DNA of 32,170 nt, taken from assembly GCA_036569025.1 (NCBI GenBank), contig DATCRO010000730.1:1-32170 (forward strand). Direction: 5' to 3'. A model generated the notes under the pieces. It was not told where the DNA came from and did not search any database. It saw only the letters and a program-made list of their open reading frames with translations. Position 1 is the first letter of the stretch. Every line of letters starts with the position of its first letter. Positions 28,095-32,170 of the stretch are shown piece by piece. Source of the stretch: Burkholderiaceae bacterium (GTDB taxonomy: Bacteria > Pseudomonadota > Gammaproteobacteria > Burkholderiales > Burkholderiaceae_C). The translations under genes and the position numbers were made by a program.

Positions 28095-28248
28095 GCCCGG
28101 CCCGGCCGCAGCCTGACGGCGTGCGCGTCGTGACTCCGGATCCGACGCCCAGGGTCGATCCGGTCGTCCGCGACCTGTCGTTCAGGGACAATGACATGCG
28201 TGCGGCGAACGGACTGTACGCTCGTTCAGCCAAGAGGACCCGGACTCA

Positions 28249-28521
28249 ATGCGTGACCTAGGTGATGTGTCGCTGCCGCCCGACGACTTCAGCGCGATGG
28301 CGACGCTCTGCAAGCACGACCAGGATTTCCCCCCGACCCTCGAAGCCTGGCGAGCCATGATCTCCGAGGCCACGCTCGAAGCCCACCGCCGTGGGCAGTA
28401 CCCGGCGCCGATGCAGATCGATGTCCGCAAGTTCTCGGACTGGTGCTCGCTCGTGCAGGTGCTGCCCTGCCTCGATTCGCTGCGCGCGTTCGTGATCATC
28501 CGGCGCCGCGAGATCTCGTGA
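28249..28521 (+). CDS. Hypothetical protein (90 aa)
   Basis: GAGGA upstream; protein-like sequence (FPPTLEAW...IDVRKFSDWC). Confidence 0.65.
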   Translation: MRDLGDVSLPPDDFSAMATLCKHDQDFPPTLEAWRAMISEATLEAHRRGQYPAPMQIDVRKFSDWCSLVQVLPCLDSLRAFVIIRRREIS

Positions 28522-28554
28522 GCGCGCCGCGCCCCGAGACCCGCCCTTTCTTCG

Positions 28555-28935
28555 ATGACGTCGCGGCCTCCGATCGATGACGAGTTGAGGCGCTTCGTCG
28601 TCGCCAGCGTCCCGAGCGTCGCCTGGCTGGAGGCGATGCTGCTGTTCCGGCGGCAGGCGGTGCCGCGCACGATCGCCGAGGCCGCGCTCGAGCTCTACAT
28701 CCCGGAGCCCGCGGCCGCCGACGTGCTGCGCGCGCTGGTCGAGGCGGGCGTGCTGTCGCAGGCGGGCGAGACATTCGACTACGCGCCCGCGAACCCGCGC
28801 CTGGCAGCGATGCTCGACCGGGTCGCCGCGGCCCATGCCGCCGACCTGGTGGGCATCACCAACCTGATCCACGACAAGACGCACCGGAACGCCCGCCGCT
28901 TCGCGGACGCCTTCAAGCTGAGAAAGGACGCCTGA
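28555..28935 (+). CDS. Winged-helix-like conserved hypothetical protein
   Basis: RRFVVASVPSVAWLEAMLL, HTH-like TIAEAALELYI...LRALVEAGVL, C-terminal FADAFKLRK. Confidence 0.8.
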   Translation: MTSRPPIDDELRRFVVASVPSVAWLEAMLLFRRQAVPRTIAEAALELYIPEPAAADVLRALVEAGVLSQAGETFDYAPANPRLAAMLDRVAAAHAADLVGITNLIHDKTHRNARRFADAFKLRKDA

Positions 28936-29196
28936 ATGGCCTCGGCGATCTACACCCTCTGCGCGGTCACGGCGTTCGCATGCGCCTTCCTGCTCCTGCG
29001 CAGCTACGCGCGCACCCGGTTCAGGCTGCTGCTGTGGAGCGGCCTGTGCTTCGCGGGCCTGTGCGCCAACAACGTGCTCCTCATCCTGGATCGCTACGTC
29101 TTCCTCGCGGTCGACCTCTCGGTGGCGCGGCAGGCCGTGGCCTTCGTGTCGGTGGCGCTGCTGGTCGTCGGCCTGGTACTGGAGAGCGACGCATGA
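28936..29196 (+). CDS. DUF5985-like small membrane protein
   Basis: Three TMs; IYTLCAVT, LLLRSYARTRFRLLLWSGLCF. Confidence 0.8.
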   Translation: MASAIYTLCAVTAFACAFLLLRSYARTRFRLLLWSGLCFAGLCANNVLLILDRYVFLAVDLSVARQAVAFVSVALLVVGLVLESDA

Positions 29197-29486
29197 ACCC
29201 CCAGGACATCCCGACGATGTTCGCGGTCAACGAACTGCTGCTGGGGGGCATCGCCGTCGGATGCGCGATCGCCGGACTCTTCTTCCTGCGCTACTGGCGC
29301 AGCTCGAAGGACCGGTTCTTCCTGTGCTTCGCCATCTCGTTCTGGGCCGAGGCGGCGAACCGCCTGCACATGGGCCTGACCGCCGCGTGGAACGAGACGC
29401 AGCCTTCGCACTACCTGGTGCGCCTGCTCTGCTACGGCCTGATCCTGTTCGCGATCTGGGACAAGAACCGGCCGGGCCGGGACTGA
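29193..29486 (+). CDS. DUF5985-like small membrane protein (second paralogue)
   Basis: ATGA overlap; GLFFLRYWRSSKDRFFLCFAISF, YLVRLL, IWDKNR. Confidence 0.8.
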   Translation: MNPQDIPTMFAVNELLLGGIAVGCAIAGLFFLRYWRSSKDRFFLCFAISFWAEAANRLHMGLTAAWNETQPSHYLVRLLCYGLILFAIWDKNRPGRD

Positions 29487-29492
29487 CGCCGG

Positions 29493-30038
29493 TCAGGCCG
29501 GCGCCGGTCGGGCGACCGGCTGGATCGCGGCCAGCGAGCTCAGCACGATCTCCGCCTCGGCGACGAGATCCTTCGGCGAGGCAACGCCCGCGGTCAGCTC
29601 GCGCATCGGCGGGCTGCCCGTCTCGAACAGCAGCTCGACGTCGTTGCACAGTGCGCGCCGCTGCTCGATGTCCATCGCGTCCCGGAGCACGGGCACGAGG
29701 CGGTGCTGGTCGAGCAGGTGCTGCTGCTCGACGTGCTCGGCGAACGCCGCCAGGGCCTGCGCATGCCCGTCCGAGGACGGCGGGCGCACGAGGAGCTCGG
29801 CCAGCGCCTGCTTGAAGCGCACATGGCCGGTCATCGCGTCGAGCGGCAGGTCCTTCCAGCGGATGTGGCGCCACGCCGGCAACAGGACGCGCTCGCGCGA
29901 CAGCACGTGCAGCACCGCCCGGTTGGCGAGGTCGCCGAACAGGCGCAGGGCGTCCTCGCCGCGCCTGCTCGATCGAAGGCGCGAGATCAGTGCCGTGAGC
30001 TCGGCCAGCTGGCGGGTGAGGAGAGCGCTGCAGTCCAC
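29493..30038 (-). CDS. Hemerythrin/HHE-like helical protein, degenerate metal ligands
   Basis: Helix pattern LFGDLANRAVLHVLSRERVLLPA...GHVRFKQALAELL...EHVEQQH...LVPVLR resembles HHE domain. Confidence 0.6.
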   Translation of the reverse strand: MDCSALLTRQLAELTALISRLRSSRRGEDALRLFGDLANRAVLHVLSRERVLLPAWRHIRWKDLPLDAMTGHVRFKQALAELLVRPPSSDGHAQALAAFAEHVEQQHLLDQHRLVPVLRDAMDIEQRRALCNDVELLFETGSPPMRELTAGVASPKDLVAEAEIVLSSLAAIQPVARPAPA

Positions 30039-30068
30039 GGCGACAAGTCGGTTTCAGCCGCCGCGGCG

Positions 30069-30083
30069 GCAATGGGCATGCCT
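30069..30083 (-). promoter_or_regulatory. Putative sigma-54 promoter
   Basis: Minus strand AGGCAT-GCCCA-TTGC, 30 bp upstream of GTG 30038. Confidence 0.55.
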
Positions 30084-30394
30084 TCGCGTGCCGACGAGCA
30101 CTCGAGCGGCGGCTGGCGGCCTGGAGCGGCATGAAACGGCGCGTTCCGGCTCGGCAGGCGTGATCGAGGGCGCTCGCGACGCGTCGCCGGGGGTGCCGCC
30201 ACCGGCAAGGCCTGCTCGTCTTCAGGCGGCGATCCTTGCCGCAGCAGGCTGCACCTGCCGCGCAGCCCTCCTTGCCGCCGACGCCGGCCCCGAGCGCTCG
30301 GCCGGAAGGTTGACCAGACCGGTCGCGACGCAACGCTCGACGAGAATGACCGCCGCGCTTCGCACCGTCCGCGAGCGGCCCGCCACTCACCACG

Positions 30395-31333
30395 ATGACC
30401 TCTTCCCCGTCCGCCGCTGCCCCGGGCAGCCACCGCTCCTCGTGGGCGATCCATCTCAAGCTGGTCGGCATGGCCGCGCTGTGGGGCGGTTCGTGGCCTT
30501 GCGGTCGCGTGCTGGCCCAGGCGCTCCCTCCGCTGGCGGCCGCGACCTGGCGCTTCGCCATCGCGCTCGTGCTGCTGCTGGCGTGGATGCAGGTCGACGG
30601 CGGCTTCGGCCGCCTGCGCAAGCTGACGCGGCGCCAGTGGGGCGGGCTGGCCGTGGGCGGCGCGGTGGGCGTGTTCGGCTACGCGATGTTCTTCATGCTC
30701 GGGCTGTCCCATGTCGCCGCCGGCCGCGCGGCGCTGGTGGTCACGACCAACCCCGTCGTCACGACCCTGATCGCCGCCTGGTGGTTCGGCGAGCGCCTGA
30801 ACTGGCGCATCGGCGCCGGCATGGCGCTGGCGGCCGCGGGCGCGCTCATCGTCATGACGCACGGCGCTCCATGGACGCTGCTTGCCGGCAGTGTCGGCAA
30901 GGGCGAGGCGCTGCTGCTCGGATGCGTCGCCACGTGGGTGGCCTACACGCTGATCGGCCGCCGGCTGCTCGCCGGCATCGACGCCCTCACGACGACCACC
31001 GTCACGGCGGCCTTCGGCCTCGTCATGCTGGCCGTGACGGCGCTCGTGTTCGAAGGGCCCGCCGCGGTCGCGACCCCGCTGACCGCGAGCGCGACGACCT
31101 GGGTCGCCCTGGGCTTCCTGGCCGCCGGCGCCACGGTCGTCGCCTACGCCTGGTACTTCGAAGGCGTGGCGGCGCTGGGCGCCGGCGCCGCCGCGGGCTA
31201 CATCAGCCTCGTCCCGTTGTTCGGCGTGCTGTTTGCGACGTCGTGGCTGGGCGAGCCGCTCGACGCATCGATCGTCGTCGGTGGCGCGCTGGCCGTCATC
31301 GGCATGGCGGTCATGAACCTGGCGCGCCGCTGA
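30395..31333 (+). CDS. EamA/DMT-family transporter
   Basis: About ten TMs in two repeats; LWGGSW, WRF, TNPV, FGERL, LGEPL. Confidence 0.93.
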   Translation: MTSSPSAAAPGSHRSSWAIHLKLVGMAALWGGSWPCGRVLAQALPPLAAATWRFAIALVLLLAWMQVDGGFGRLRKLTRRQWGGLAVGGAVGVFGYAMFFMLGLSHVAAGRAALVVTTNPVVTTLIAAWWFGERLNWRIGAGMALAAAGALIVMTHGAPWTLLAGSVGKGEALLLGCVATWVAYTLIGRRLLAGIDALTTTTVTAAFGLVMLAVTALVFEGPAAVATPLTASATTWVALGFLAAGATVVAYAWYFEGVAALGAGAAAGYISLVPLFGVLFATSWLGEPLDASIVVGGALAVIGMAVMNLARR

Positions 31334-31577
31334 TCGGATCCGACGCCGAACCCTCTCGACCGTCCCGGCCCGCCTCCGCCTCGACCGCCGCAAGGTACGC
31401 CCGGCCCAGGCCGCTCAGCTGAACGTCCAGGGGCCCGTGCAGTTCCAGCAGGCCCATCGCCATCAGGAACGCCACCTCGCGGAGCAAGCCCGGCCGCAGC
31501 GGCTCGGTCGAGAGCCCGACACCGTCACGAAGCCGGCGGAGCACCTCCACCTGCGGGGGGGTCAGCGCGCTGGCCAT
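31311..31577 (-). CDS. Small hypothetical, winged-helix-like (88 aa)
   Basis: GGAGG RBS, MASALTPPQVEVLRRL...LMAMGLL...LSGLGRAYL; 23-bp tail overlap with EamA gene. Confidence 0.55.
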   Translation of the reverse strand: MASALTPPQVEVLRRLRDGVGLSTEPLRPGLLREVAFLMAMGLLELHGPLDVQLSGLGRAYLAAVEAEAGRDGREGSASDPISGAPGS

Positions 31578-31651
31578 GCACGCGCCCTCCTGCTCGTCCG
31601 GATCTGGCCAGCGCGGCCGATTGCGACGACGCCCATGCGCCTCCTCGGAAC

Positions 31652-32068
31652 TCAGAGGCCGACCATTGCGCTGGCCCAGCGCGCGAGCCAGCTGTCGAAC
31701 ACGAGCCGTCCGTCGACGGCGGCCAGGCAGATGCACTCGCCCTGCGCCTGCACGACGGGCTGGTGCAGCACGTCGGCATCCGCCTCGTCGAAGTCGCCGG
31801 CGCTGAACACGGCGCGGCCGTCGTCGAACGAGCCATGCAGGACCTGGGTCAGCTCGGTCCCGCCGTGCGTGTGCAACGGCAGGCACTTGCCCGCGCCGAT
31901 GCGCAGCAGCAGCACGTTGGCGTCGCGGTCCTGGGGCACGGTCACGCGGCTCCAGCGCATGCCGGGGCCCATCGTGCGCCAGGGCGAGACCTGGCAGTGG
32001 CGCAGGGCGCGCGGCCAGTTCGACCCGGCCGGCAGCGGCGGCTTGGGACGCACGACCGGCGGCGGCGG
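31652..32068 (-). CDS. ChrR-like cupin (anti-sigma factor C-terminal domain), native 5' end missing
   Basis: WRTMGPG, LLRIGAG, PLHTHGGTELTQVLHGSF.D, GDFDEAD...HQPVV, CICLAAVDG; upstream sequence is a copy of the EamA gene. Confidence 0.8.
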   Translation of the reverse strand, partial: PPPPVVRPKPPLPAGSNWPRALRHCQVSPWRTMGPGMRWSRVTVPQDRDANVLLLRIGAGKCLPLHTHGGTELTQVLHGSFDDGRAVFSAGDFDEADADVLHQPVVQAQGECICLAAVDGRLVFDSWLARWASAMVGL

Positions 32069-32170
32069 GACGGCCAGCGCGCCACCGACGACGATCGATG
32101 CGTCGAGCGGCTCGCCCAGCCACGACGTCGCAAACAGCACGCCGAACAACGGGACGAGGCTGATGTAGCC
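32069..32170 (-). repeat. Exact inverted copy of 31196-31297 (EamA 3' region), running to window end
   Basis: Reverse complement of 32069-32170 matches 31196-31297 over 102 bp with no mismatch seen. Confidence 0.95.

Noticed and set aside
29980-29995. Sigma-54-like CGGCAC-N5-TCGC on minus strand
   Set aside because: Inside the hemerythrin-like CDS; a better motif lies upstream at 30069-30083.

Overview
GC-rich (~70%) bacterial window, most consistent with a Burkholderiales betaproteobacterium. In order: the end of a urease operon (ureC-ureE-ureF-ureG); a GTAG-type REP doublet; a minus-strand operon (PQQ dehydrogenase-like protein, cytochrome c, caa3-type oxidase subunits II/I/III, small membrane protein, CtaG-like assembly factor); small hypotheticals and an alpha/beta hydrolase; an unusual two-gene unit (Cys-rich metzincin-type protease plus a free-standing paralogue of its own N-terminal domain); a delta-60-repeat membrane protein with dsbC; a secreted PHI-1/EXORDIUM-like protein; two c-di-GMP enzymes (one in a TonB receptor-YfiR-GGDEF/EAL operon); a receiver protein; a candidate anti-Shine-Dalgarno sRNA; a DUF5985-type cluster; a degenerate hemerythrin-like protein; an EamA transporter; and a ChrR-like cupin whose 5' end is replaced by an exact inverted 102-bp copy of the EamA gene (probable chimera). 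Best candidates for new biology: the protease plus free-domain pair, and the respiratory operon in which both the PQQ active site and the oxidase proton channels are non-canonical. All calls are from motif recognition by eye; no searches were run.
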